From positions 124,001 to 188,000 of IMG/VR virus record IMGVR_UViG_3300009370_001221: a stretch of DNA of 64,000 nt. One strand, 5' to 3'. The position numbers were made by a program, and so were the translations under genes. Position 1 is the stretch's first letter, and each line of letters opens with the position of its first letter. Of this stretch, positions 22,501 through 30,451 are shown piece after piece. Under the pieces are notes generated by a model. That model was not told the DNA's origin, made no database searches, and saw nothing but the letters and a program-made list of their open reading frames with translations.

Positions 22501-25500
22501 ATCAGCAATAGTGTTTAAAAAATACACACAAAATACTGGTTCTGTATTAGAAGCAACTAATACAAATAATAAAGTTGCATGGAATAGTAAACGCACTCAA
22601 TCCGATAAAATTGATATTGGTGCTATTAATAAAGTCATTACGTATGATAAATCAACTAATAAATTTATCGATTATATTGACTATCATGATCCAATTAAAG
22701 GCAAAATACCAGGCGTTGCTGATGAAGAAATTAGTTTTAAAACAATTTATGATCCAGCAGTATACAATGTTACTTTTAATGCAACAGTAGTTAATGACTT
22801 AAAAAATCATTGGGGTCCTAATGAAGTTGGGGTACTATGGTGGGATTTAACTAATACAAAATATATTGAGTATGAACAAGGTGAACTAGAGTATAAACGT
22901 CTTAACTGGGGCAAATTGTTCCCTGGTACACAAATTAATATATATGAGTGGATAGAGAGTGACTCATTACCCTCAACATATGTATCATTAGGAGGTGACG
23001 GCACTCCAAAATTTGCTGATGATTCAGCATATGTAGAGTATCAAAAGTATAATACATCTACAAATACGTTGGAGCCAATTTATTACTATTGGGTTAAAAA
23101 CAAAACATCTGTGCCAGAAGTTTCCAACGCATATTTGGACGCTAATGGACAAATTAAATTTGCGGCGCATGGTAAGGAACTTGAGTTAAAGAGTTTTATA
23201 CCAGCCGCTACGAGAAAATTGCCAGCAAAAACTGTCGCAACAATACTAACAAATCCTACTGCATATGGATTAAAATACATTGGTATTGCCGCACAGAATG
23301 CATTTATTGGATATAATCTACAAACAGGACTAACTGGTGAGAATATTATTTTAAGTATTGAATATGATACTGTTAAAAATGATATACCGTTACATACAGA
23401 ATGGCAACTAGTACAAAAGAATAATCCACTATCAAAACCAAACAATTATTTAATTACTAAACTAGGTGATAGTTTAGCAGGAAAAGATGTAAGTGAAAAT
23501 CTTGTACCAGATACAAACGTACATGTTGGATCACGGTATGGTATAATGGAATACCCACGTCAAAGTATGTTTATTGATAGATTGGGTGCTATTAAAGTAT
23601 TAGTAAACTTCTGTAATTCTGTATTTACTAAACACAGAATGGCATTAGATTATAGTTTAATAAAAATTTCATCAGCAGATAAAGCACCAACATATGGATA
23701 TGGTGAAACTGTAGCAACATATACTGAACTAACTTATATTAATACAAATACAATTACAGATGGTTATAAAGTAATTGTTGCAAGTGATGAAACAAGAGGC
23801 AATTATTGGGTAACATATCAATGGAGTGTTAGTGATAATAGATGGAATTTAGAGAAAAAACAAAAATATGATACAACAAAATATTGGGATTATATTGACT
23901 GGTATGCTACTGGTTATGACTCTAATACTATTATTGATTATACGGTCGCAACAGAAAATGACCGCGCAAAATTAGACACTAAACTTAACGATGTTGTTAA
24001 AGTATTAAATGATGGACAAAGCAAATGGATATTATATAAAAATACTAGTGCCTCAACTACTGATGTATACGATATAATTGGTCAAGAAAATGCTACAATT
24101 AAATTTAAAACAACATTATATACAACAACTACGCCGTTGGCAGAGTTGCGTTATATTATTGATGCATTAAACACACAATTATTTGTCAGTGACTTAGAAG
24201 TTGAATTTAATAAATTATGGTTTGAATTAATACATTTTATCTTGTATGATCAAAACTTACAAGTAGACTGGGCATTTAAAACTAGTTTTGTAACAATCAA
24301 TCAAACTGTACGTAAACTATCTGAATTAGTAAATTATAGTTATGATGTGCAAGATAGTGTTAGAGATTTTATTAATGAAGCAAAACCATACAGAACAAAT
24401 ATTAGAGAATATGTATACCGTTATGATTACACTGAATTACCACAAATAGGAAATACTGATTTTGATTTGCCAGGCTACTATGATACAACAGACAAATTAT
24501 TTAGATCACCTAATGTATATGAAGCAGACGACGATGCTCGTATGCTTACAGCACCTTGGGTTGATTGGAAAAATCATTATACAAAGAAAGTAGTTAGTGT
24601 TAATGTTTTAACTGCCGGCAGTGGTTATGCAACTACTGCAACATCAACATATGATGCAGTTGGTTATGATATTACTGGATATGATCACAGTGCAACTACA
24701 GCATCTCCACCAATAGTTACTATTTCAAGTGGCGCACAATGGAAATTAGGTTATACTTATGATGAAACCAAAATACCTGGCGCCGCAGGCGCACAGGCAG
24801 TTCTTGTAGTACCAGAACACAGTCCAGATACATTATGGTACTATAGTGGTACAGAACAAGGCACAACTCAATGGAAAGATATGGGTTGGAAAGTTACAAT
24901 AAAACCTAAATTAGCAACTAATGAAAGTAAAACGTTTGCTGTAACTGTAGTATTGGATGGCACAGGCAAACCAGATTTTTATATAGATGGCACAGAACGA
25001 CCTAACCTTATTTTGTACAGGGGGTCAACATACACATTCACACAAACAGACGTAAGCAATCTAGGTTACGGGTTCTTTAGGTTCTCGGCAATAGAAGATG
25101 GCACACATAGAGATGGCTCTGGCGCAACTGCTGTTCCTGTAATGAAAACACCTGGTTTAGCAAGTGTTGATTCTATTACAGTAACCAACGGTGGTACAGG
25201 TTATGTAACCACTCCAATAGTAACTATATCAGGCGGTAGTGGTAGTGGTGCAACTGGTTATGCTAATTTAGAAAACTATAAAGTAAGAGACCTTAAAGAA
25301 ACAATTAAATTTGATCGTGTTGATGCACCATCACATGTTAAAACAATTGCCGTAACTGCTGGAGGCAGTGGATATACCTCAGCACCTACGGTAACAATAA
25401 CAAATGCCTCAGGAGATACAACAGGCGTTGGTGCAAGTGCCAAAGCGGTTATTACCGGTGGAGCAGTAACAGCGGTTATTGTAGAACAAGAAGGCACAGG

Positions 25501-28069
25501 TTATACTGCCGCACCAACAATTAGTTTTACTGGTGGCGGTGGCAGTAGTGCTACAGCAACAGCAACAGTTTCATACTCATCCTATAATAAGTTAGAAACA
25601 GCACATGAGGCGGCCGCTAAAAAGCACAGCGATCGTTTAACATTATATTATGCTGGTGGACAAGCAGGCACAGGTAGTACAAAAACATGGGATAATAAGA
25701 CAGCTGACATTTTAACCTATGATGCAGTTATAGCAGACTCAGGATTACAATATAAAGCAAACAAAGTAACAGGTGCTACATTTGATATGGAACCTGGTTA
25801 TGATAGAGCATCATTCTCATCTTCGGCATTTGATGATTCTGAAATTAGTCCAGAAGGTATAGCAGTTATCTCAAGTGTAGATACTGATTTAGGCGGTGGT
25901 GACTTTAGTACAACTGGTGGTATAGATCCTGCTGATGTTGTAGTAGATGGTGACGGCTTTGTAACAGAATATACATCACATGCACCAGAAGAACAAGTAC
26001 CCGGTCGTGTATTTGATACATTGGATATTAAAGTATATGAAATGCCTTCACCACGTGAATCAGGCGTTACTATTAAAAAACATACATTTGAAGGTAATGG
26101 TTCAACTGTAACATATGATTTTACTGGCAAGGGCGGACTGCCTACAAATCTTGAAGGTATTGAAGTATATGTAAATAATTCATTAAAGAAACTAACAACC
26201 GATTATACTGTTTCTATTAGAAGTAATGATATAACAATGGTTTCTCCTGTGCCAACAGGACAATTAATACATTTTGTATTAATTGAAACAGGTGGTGATA
26301 CTGTTACATCAACTAAACAAGATTTTTATGGGGACGGTTCAACAACACAATATGTTGTGAATGTTCCATATGAATATGCACAATATTTGTATGTGACTGT
26401 AAACGGTGTAGAAAATAATCCAACATGGACAGCAACCAGTTATTATAAAAAAACAAAATTAACTTTTGCGTCAGCACCTCCAAGTGGCGGCCGCATACGA
26501 GTACATACATTCAATAAGTCAGGATTAACACTTACAAATGCAGGCAGTGGCTACACATCGGCTCCAGCAGTAACATTTAGTGGAGGTGGAGGTAGTGCGG
26601 CAGCTGCTACAGCAGTTATCAATGCTGAAGGCAAAGTAAGTGGATTAATTGTAACAAATGCAGGTACTGGATATACATCAGCACCAACTGTTACAATTGC
26701 AGGCACAGCAACCGCAACTGCTACTGTAACTGATGGTAAAATAGAAGCAATTAGACCATTTGTTAAGGTTGAAAGTGAAGAACAAACAATTACTGTTCCC
26801 GGCAGTCCAACATGGCCTGCAAGTTACACTTATACATATGGTCAGGATAACTTCTTTGATTTTGGTCCTGACGCCGCAAAAGTGTTTGTGTATTTAAATA
26901 ATGAACGATTGAATCCACCAGATACAGAATACTATACTGGTGATGGGTCAACTGCTGTATATGCCTGTCCGTCTAATCCAACTATTGCATATGCTTCAGT
27001 AACTGATGCAATGGTTCAGGTACACGTAGATGGTGTATTAAAAACACTTACAACAGATTATACATTTACTGGTGGAACACCACCACGTGATGAAATAACA
27101 TTTGCTGTTGGTAAAGTACCAGCGGCAGGTGCAGAAATAGCAATTACAGTTAGAAACGGGCAGTATTGGATTCCAAATGATTATCAAATTATACTTGAAA
27201 ATGGTAGCGGTGTATCTGTTACTGCTGGAACAATTGCTACAGGTGATAAATTGTTTATACAGTCATTTGCTAATCAGAGATATAGCAAAGGCAAAACAAT
27301 TGTAATAAAAGGCACATCAGTTGCAACGGCTACTTCACTAGAAAAATATGATGCAGTAATTTATGATTCGTCTGGTTATGCTGGTGATGTAAGTGTATCA
27401 ATCTCAACACCAATATATGATATATCCGCATTAGAAAATAATTCAAATTATGTATGGGTATGGTTAAATGGTGTACCACAAATTGCTAACCACGATTACT
27501 ATATAACTGGAACTAAACTAGTAATGACTCCATTAAGTGGTAGCATATTAGCGTCAGATATGATTACTGTTAGTGGTATGAGACAAGCAGAACAACGACC
27601 TGGTATTGCTTTTAGAATTTGGAAAGATATGTTTGACAAGACATCTTACTATAGAATTGCATCAGCAAATACAACAACACTGTCTACAGCATTAGCAATG
27701 ACAGATATAGAAATTAATGTAACAGACGCAACTAAATTGTTGACACCTGTTCCAACAACAGCAACGCCAGGTGTGATATTCATTAATGGCGAGCGTATAG
27801 AATATTGGGAAATAGATGGTAATAAACTAAAAAGAATACGTCGTGGCACATGGGGCACAGGTGCTCATGCTACACATGCTTCAGCAAGTGAAGTAGTAGA
27901 TGGCAGTAAACAACAATTAATTCCAGGATCAACAGTACATACTAAAGTTTGGTATGATCAAGGAACAACACCAGCCGCGGCTACAAACGGCTTAGGTTTG
28001 GGTATGGCAACTGGTAAGGAAGTAACGTTCCTTAAAGAGGCACCGCTATCAACTCCCAAGGTAATATAA
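13517..28069 (+). CDS. Giant mosaic baseplate wedge/tail structural protein (gp7-like scaffold; YHYH domain, FG-GAP-like propeller, GDGST and GxGY-x4-P repeats)
   Basis: One uninterrupted 4850-aa ORF after gp6. N-terminal TVNLLPQQFQTDVNKKFLNATLDQL. Internal domains recognised by motif (see findings). Confidence 0.7.
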   Translation: MAIRKTVNLLPQQFQTDVNKKFLNATLDQLISPGTMEMLSGFVGRRDVDNFKNTDSYIVETDNDRLNYQLEPAVTIKKELSETKYDFASTYIDIVNSISAAGGDNNNHDKLFSNEYTVWSPPIDYDKTINYTKYYWLQTGPDRCDITDPITISDIVGKKTYTYTSVDGNKTLKFSTGLKVRFTGTVTPSTYANIDYIVADVGTSIRLIPLSELYTPESAVYTLSKDYLTIKRGAIDGNQWSNNNRWFHEEIIGVTATYNKDTAIYDSALRAKRPILEFDNDLKLYDYGTKLLTTVDLVDTTFTDAFTQLEGEPGGYIDGVALTAGQKVVFTADTDPLVNGYIYDVQFVTIGGVSVIHLEKNTTVADPATDNTIIVNSGADNKGTQWYYKNSKWYKGQVKTGLNQAPIFDVFDKNGNSFSTYASSTFAGSNIFSYAVNSAGTADTELGFALTYKNFTNIGDIIFNDNLIKDSFSYTSDATAGTTTSVRLATGFLHKNTALTTYSTLSNWEKAPFESRQFIQNTIVVGSELKQFKVTTIPKTETTAKNLIVTVNGKLKEKGTGTTTKDYYVTTDTGFQYVNFTNNLTIGDILVIKVHTDTSIEKLTTGEFYTIPTNLSNNPLNDMTTTTNFTLGQVRDHISSCIENSLDFSGATLGSNNIRDIGDIATLGTKIIQNTGSLLKAGYMLTNGTYNLIDSITHASNEYNRFKNQFLNKAKTIGDFTSTSDRLDKTLRAMAAEKNSTMPYFDSDMVAFSTDITTLSYTVFDIDNKQFELNTTYNDTIPGQTAVLVYKNDVMLLKDQDYTFSTTTPFVTLTSNITLAENDVIKLVEYTNTGGNFIPPTPTKLGLYPKYVPSKYSDDTYTTTIDVIQGHDGSITPAYSDYRDDLLLELERRIYNNIKAVYNFKLVDINSVIPSRFRKTQYSTDTVNNILAIELAQWANNNNVDYTKNSYYVSGSDWTYNYKNIKDTLSDAEFLPGYWRAIYKYFYDTDRPHTHPWEMLGFSIKPSWWETTYGPAPYTKDNLVLWTDIEAGKIVSGDRAGTYIEYARPGLVATFIPTDAAGDLKSPTSIGIVGLVTGEIQGNFSVGHQGPVETAWRRSSYYPFAIQILLALTKPAKYCEFMFDTSKITTNMLGHYVDKTTTLPIKPNVSKIHSYINTDSTVDYTLGYNNWVVDYSKYLGLNTTTFYKQLNALGINLAYKMSGFADKDKLKIILEQISPSKSTTDIFIPQEDYNFHLMESSPIQSINYSGVIITRSTGGWKIDGYNKKQPTFKILPSIITSNRRRTVSVGGYAPKCSELITGRSYSVNEYIKSGDIYYQVKTAFIAGDGDDLANLTRIAKLPTIGGVSATQYDDYSTTVATIPYGKEYTTVQEVYDFLISYGRYLESVGFVFDNVTNGFDYIEDWKNTAKEFLFWTLHNFSIGSMITCSAGANTIKLNLVSAQIDTMSNNMLPSSVIDQNRDRISVNNLFYSRIDNNFQLSVSDNTDGIYAATFNPIQTEHLLILENETVFKDVIWSLFTGSRQNRIKLVGYKTELWDGTQQLPGYVLLDDTVDDWDINKSYPIGEIVKFKDKFYASKFNHDPNDLTELGKFDFSKWKLLDRVNGGLLTNLDSKADNFRGYYEIEDDGRIIETDTLASNLIGFQNRKYLENLQIGDIAQKKFYQGFIKEKGTSSITNKLLRAKLPAIDSTLNLYEEWAFRVGEYGSVASSQVIEFKLKENEFTDNPELIEIINTAEQYKNTNITHRPSDLYQKPLEPRQFNKNVFKNLAEDISTRDYLPDAGYARLDDVQHKVLSLENWVPNNTVDITENINIDTQLIGKTSYTSTEGIITTLTNGMVVKFTGINTIPTSYKTGTWIVTGVDESIKLTEKSEYLNSLNVGDKMWVANSATYPPTYAENSNDWNVYRITSTKNNPISITGDTIANTIKVTFKNPVDSILVNEIIILRRFVDSTIPAIDWSGVYKVKTNFTSDGLNVLELYADLDLSASFETLSLNETSTRGEFLKLESARYATTSALVNRTEPTHGWEDGDYAWIDNHNSTNKWAVLEKKDPYTLGKELYPNGKATNTGFGQGVAGNKDLSTILVGSVYDTTSAGSIEQWTRDVATVFDVKSIFVSDITSKTAGTLNTSGYLLTVESDGLPHPAPFGTFPTTDGKNPNRVVTRNYKHTFKTRVGTNTTAAPQVAVPLGGIGIMANGVVIASPSATATLPNDNGPAKGVAPTGFEWNAVENATAVGMDASHGHPQEDNQYHYHSGKFLSQWDYHVYQANTYYQGTNYSGDHWRHTDGHSKILGYAYDGYPIYGPFGYQTATDSTTTPLRMTSAYQKHTDPVSGRGYTYTEYPAGTFINDYQFNSAVGTLDKHNGRYCVTPDYPDGTYAYFLTITSAGVPVYPYIIGPTFKEIPTLETDTVPVDPGGSNAQTIALTPGEFTYSNTVVDGSKLKNSGWAGWQFDMAVDDDYVVTSAPNSNSGQGYAIVLKKKTDKTYEPFDIMRSPSPTTNGYFGYDIAVSKSGTYVLVGAPGELKAYMYKLGTGVTASNEYFNGDGSTNVFTFSSTSFSNSNELTVIVDGQIKIETLDYTLSATQITFVAASIPPSGTNNIHVRKGNYYSAIKTFTGASGTDFGRSVALSDDGTIAFIGQPNKADGTALSAGATEVWSKTPTDTYFKIQDIKSNISSTNENFGKEVECGVDGHIVAIGSPGTDFLVIKEITTDAINAGQVECWIDNTKHTGTITGTVANPTVSIGDKLVINDQEVTFTGTALSNVVSDITAKAIPHITASATSDNKLKIVSTKTDANAKLTIRAGTTNGGTVFTALGLTLYTYKSALRHPDGPQNAFYGEHIKFNNTATMITIGSPSSSSEFELTLDGNLTKFDQQNTIITDVQPDSGSALIYDINTDLTYSLIQRVDWANRKKNDKFGTGLAMIGNTALIGAPGDDYFVEELKTADGVATAYAITGQFTTDNLEISMNGRTMLQAEFSSDNASPNSTVTFTTAPVATSAIVFKKYTQNTGSVLEATNTNNKVAWNSKRTQSDKIDIGAINKVITYDKSTNKFIDYIDYHDPIKGKIPGVADEEISFKTIYDPAVYNVTFNATVVNDLKNHWGPNEVGVLWWDLTNTKYIEYEQGELEYKRLNWGKLFPGTQINIYEWIESDSLPSTYVSLGGDGTPKFADDSAYVEYQKYNTSTNTLEPIYYYWVKNKTSVPEVSNAYLDANGQIKFAAHGKELELKSFIPAATRKLPAKTVATILTNPTAYGLKYIGIAAQNAFIGYNLQTGLTGENIILSIEYDTVKNDIPLHTEWQLVQKNNPLSKPNNYLITKLGDSLAGKDVSENLVPDTNVHVGSRYGIMEYPRQSMFIDRLGAIKVLVNFCNSVFTKHRMALDYSLIKISSADKAPTYGYGETVATYTELTYINTNTITDGYKVIVASDETRGNYWVTYQWSVSDNRWNLEKKQKYDTTKYWDYIDWYATGYDSNTIIDYTVATENDRAKLDTKLNDVVKVLNDGQSKWILYKNTSASTTDVYDIIGQENATIKFKTTLYTTTTPLAELRYIIDALNTQLFVSDLEVEFNKLWFELIHFILYDQNLQVDWAFKTSFVTINQTVRKLSELVNYSYDVQDSVRDFINEAKPYRTNIREYVYRYDYTELPQIGNTDFDLPGYYDTTDKLFRSPNVYEADDDARMLTAPWVDWKNHYTKKVVSVNVLTAGSGYATTATSTYDAVGYDITGYDHSATTASPPIVTISSGAQWKLGYTYDETKIPGAAGAQAVLVVPEHSPDTLWYYSGTEQGTTQWKDMGWKVTIKPKLATNESKTFAVTVVLDGTGKPDFYIDGTERPNLILYRGSTYTFTQTDVSNLGYGFFRFSAIEDGTHRDGSGATAVPVMKTPGLASVDSITVTNGGTGYVTTPIVTISGGSGSGATGYANLENYKVRDLKETIKFDRVDAPSHVKTIAVTAGGSGYTSAPTVTITNASGDTTGVGASAKAVITGGAVTAVIVEQEGTGYTAAPTISFTGGGGSSATATATVSYSSYNKLETAHEAAAKKHSDRLTLYYAGGQAGTGSTKTWDNKTADILTYDAVIADSGLQYKANKVTGATFDMEPGYDRASFSSSAFDDSEISPEGIAVISSVDTDLGGGDFSTTGGIDPADVVVDGDGFVTEYTSHAPEEQVPGRVFDTLDIKVYEMPSPRESGVTIKKHTFEGNGSTVTYDFTGKGGLPTNLEGIEVYVNNSLKKLTTDYTVSIRSNDITMVSPVPTGQLIHFVLIETGGDTVTSTKQDFYGDGSTTQYVVNVPYEYAQYLYVTVNGVENNPTWTATSYYKKTKLTFASAPPSGGRIRVHTFNKSGLTLTNAGSGYTSAPAVTFSGGGGSAAAATAVINAEGKVSGLIVTNAGTGYTSAPTVTIAGTATATATVTDGKIEAIRPFVKVESEEQTITVPGSPTWPASYTYTYGQDNFFDFGPDAAKVFVYLNNERLNPPDTEYYTGDGSTAVYACPSNPTIAYASVTDAMVQVHVDGVLKTLTTDYTFTGGTPPRDEITFAVGKVPAAGAEIAITVRNGQYWIPNDYQIILENGSGVSVTAGTIATGDKLFIQSFANQRYSKGKTIVIKGTSVATATSLEKYDAVIYDSSGYAGDVSVSISTPIYDISALENNSNYVWVWLNGVPQIANHDYYITGTKLVMTPLSGSILASDMITVSGMRQAEQRPGIAFRIWKDMFDKTSYYRIASANTTTLSTALAMTDIEINVTDATKLLTPVPTTATPGVIFINGERIEYWEIDGNKLKRIRRGTWGTGAHATHASASEVVDGSKQQLIPGSTVHTKVWYDQGTTPAAATNGLGLGMATGKEVTFLKEAPLSTPKVI

Positions 28070-28074
28070 TAGGA

Positions 28075-28080
28075 TAAATA
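28075..28080 (+). promoter_or_regulatory. Late promoter core TAAATA, 6 nt before ATG (leaderless)
   Basis: ATAAATA-CTTCAG-ATG at 28087. Confidence 0.6.
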
Positions 28081-28086
28081 CTTCAG

Positions 28087-28761
28087 ATGGAAAACAATGA
28101 AATCAAGCAAGAAACCAGTGAAGAGCAAGAAGAAATGCAAGAGAAACAACCTAACGAAATTCCAGGCGTAAACGTCGAGGGTTTTATTAAAATATTTGAT
28201 CCAGATTCGGAAGAAGTATTTGTAGAACAACGTAACGCTATTCATTATGAAAACTTTTCCAAAGCATTAGCAGACAGTATTTCTAATCAGACTACTGGCT
28301 TTATACACGAAATGCACTTCGGTAATGGTGGCACATCCGTGTCTACTACAGGCATTATAACATATCTACCTGCTAACAATTCAGGTGCGTCTTCGGATTT
28401 GTATAATAAAACTTATTACAAAGTTGTTGATGGAACTAGTTCCTCAAATACAGATCCTACAAGAAATAAAATGACTATAAGCCACACAAGTGGTACAATT
28501 TATACTGATATTTTAGTAACTTGTTTGCTTGATTATGGAGAGCCTGCAGGGCAAGAGGCATTTGATAACTCATCAGCACTAGATGGGTCATATGTTTTTG
28601 ATGAATTAGGGTTAAAAAGTTGGGAATCAGGTGGTATTGCTACAGGTAATTTATTAACACATGTAGTATTTCACCCAGTACAAAAATCACTTAATCGGTT
28701 AATTCAAATAGATTATACGATAAGGATACAAACATTAACGAATCTAAGTAGTGCAACATAA
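28087..28761 (+). CDS. Conserved virion structural protein (tail/baseplate-fibre attachment type)
   Basis: FGNGGT, CLLDYGEP, FDELGL, LLTHVVFHPVQKSLNR motifs typical of T4-like tail-region proteins, plus synteny. Confidence 0.55.
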   Translation: MENNEIKQETSEEQEEMQEKQPNEIPGVNVEGFIKIFDPDSEEVFVEQRNAIHYENFSKALADSISNQTTGFIHEMHFGNGGTSVSTTGIITYLPANNSGASSDLYNKTYYKVVDGTSSSNTDPTRNKMTISHTSGTIYTDILVTCLLDYGEPAGQEAFDNSSALDGSYVFDELGLKSWESGGIATGNLLTHVVFHPVQKSLNRLIQIDYTIRIQTLTNLSSAT

Positions 28762-28765
28762 TAGA

Positions 28766-28771
28766 TAAATA
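28766..28771 (+). promoter_or_regulatory. Late promoter core TAAATA (leadered, AGGAGA RBS at 28801)
   Basis: ATAAATA followed by a small hairpin and AGGAGA 8 nt before the GTG start. Confidence 0.55.
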
Positions 28772-28814
28772 GAAATATACGTATTTTAAAAAGTCGACTC
28801 AGGAGAGATAAAAA

Positions 28815-30359
28815 GTGGCATATACAGTTAACAAAACGAGTGGTGCAGTTTTATCCGTAATTGCGGATGGAACATTAGACACTACAACGAATTTAACCTT
28901 AATTGGTAAAAACTATTCCGGTTATGGTGAAGTTCAAAATGAAAACTTCGTAAAACTACTAGAAAACTTTGCTAACTCCTCCCAACCGTCCTCACCACTC
29001 GCTGGCCAGCTCTGGTGGGACACAACAAATACCGCACTCAAAGTATATACCGGAACAGCTTGGGTAGAATCAGGTGGTGTTACATCCGCATCTTCAGCAC
29101 CTTCGAGCCCAGTAGAAGGTGATTTATGGTTTGATACTACAAATGATCAATTAAAAGCATGGAATGGTTCAGCGTGGATTGTTATTGGACCAAGTTATTC
29201 GGGTGGTGTATTAAGTGGAGCAATAGTAGATACAATAGTAGATAATGCATCAGGAACACACACAGTAGTAAAAATGTATGTTGCTAATACATTAGTAGGA
29301 ATTGTTTCTAAAGATAGTGTTTTTACACCAAACGTTGCTATATCAGGATTTGCAACAGTAAGTCCAGGATATAATTTAAGTACAAATGTAACAGGCGCAA
29401 AATATACAGGCACAGCAACAGACTCCGATAAGTTGGGTGGTGTTGCGGCCGCAAATTATTTGCGTTCAAATGCTAACGATACAACAAGTGGAACACTTGG
29501 CGTTGTCAATGATAATGGTATGACCATTGGTGTCGACTCTGATTTATCAATGAGTGTATCTGGTAATGATGTAACAATTAAGAACGTTACAAGCAACGGT
29601 AATTTACTATTTGGTATTAACCAAGGTGGTTCACCAGCAACTGCTATTACTATTAGTGGTTCAACAAACTCAGTAACTATCGCAGGTGACTTAACAGTTA
29701 GTGGCACAACTACTACACTTAATACAAACAACTTACTTGTAGAAGATCCATTAATTGTTCTTGCTAAGAATGTAACCGGCGCACCATCATTTGATTCTGG
29801 TTTAATAGTAGAGCGTGGCACTCAGCCTAACACAGGTTGGATTTGGGATGAATCTCAAGACCAATGGGCCGCAGTTAATACAACTGAAACAGGTTCAACA
29901 GCAGGCAATGTAGCAATTGATTCATACGCAAACATACAATGTGCTACAATGACGGGTATTTCAACACAAGCGAAATATGCTGACTTGGCGGAAAACTTTA
30001 CAGCAGATTATGCATATGATCCAGGAACAGTATTGCAAATTGGTGGTGAGCATGAAGTTACTATGTGTGAAACTGATGCTTCAGAAGATGTGCTAGGTGT
30101 TGTTAGTTCATATCCAGCATACTTAATGAACAGTGAAGAAGACGGCGTCACAGTAGCAATTGCAGGTCGTGTACCAGTTAAAGTATCAGGCCCAGTTACT
30201 AAGGGTGATAGATTAGTTTCAGCAGGTAATGGCACAGCAAGAAAAGCTTCTAAAGAAGAATGCACTCCATGGAATGTTATTGGGCGGGCCTTAGAAAGCG
30301 ATATTGATAAAGAGGAAACACATATTACATTAGTTATGTGCATTGTTAAAGTAGTTTAA
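28815..30359 (+). CDS. Tail fibre-like protein with C-terminal intramolecular chaperone-like domain
   Basis: GKNYSGYGEVQNENFVKLLENFA, two PxxGxLWxD motifs, C-terminal YADLAE...PGTV...GVVSSYPAYLMN...GRVPVKV..PV.KGDRLV. Confidence 0.7.
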   Translation: MAYTVNKTSGAVLSVIADGTLDTTTNLTLIGKNYSGYGEVQNENFVKLLENFANSSQPSSPLAGQLWWDTTNTALKVYTGTAWVESGGVTSASSAPSSPVEGDLWFDTTNDQLKAWNGSAWIVIGPSYSGGVLSGAIVDTIVDNASGTHTVVKMYVANTLVGIVSKDSVFTPNVAISGFATVSPGYNLSTNVTGAKYTGTATDSDKLGGVAAANYLRSNANDTTSGTLGVVNDNGMTIGVDSDLSMSVSGNDVTIKNVTSNGNLLFGINQGGSPATAITISGSTNSVTIAGDLTVSGTTTTLNTNNLLVEDPLIVLAKNVTGAPSFDSGLIVERGTQPNTGWIWDESQDQWAAVNTTETGSTAGNVAIDSYANIQCATMTGISTQAKYADLAENFTADYAYDPGTVLQIGGEHEVTMCETDASEDVLGVVSSYPAYLMNSEEDGVTVAIAGRVPVKVSGPVTKGDRLVSAGNGTARKASKEECTPWNVIGRALESDIDKEETHITLVMCIVKVV

Positions 30360-30376
30360 AAACTATTTGCTTTTGC

Positions 30377-30382
30377 TAAATA
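30377..30382 (+). promoter_or_regulatory. Late promoter core TAAATA (leadered, AGGAGA RBS)
   Basis: CTAAATA, then hairpin ATAACG-ATATA-CGTTAT, then AGGAGA 8 nt before ATG 30452. Confidence 0.55.
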
Positions 30383-30451
30383 TAGATACATAACGATATA
30401 CGTTATTCTCGAGAAAGAAAAAACGATAATTTATCCTAGGAGAAATCGAAT

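Noticed and set aside
13517-28069. Stop-codon reassignment or intein as an explanation for the 4850-aa ORF
   Set aside because: The ORF is open in the standard code, TAA, TAG and TGA all end genes in this window, and no intein splice motifs or LAGLIDADG/HNH inserts were seen.
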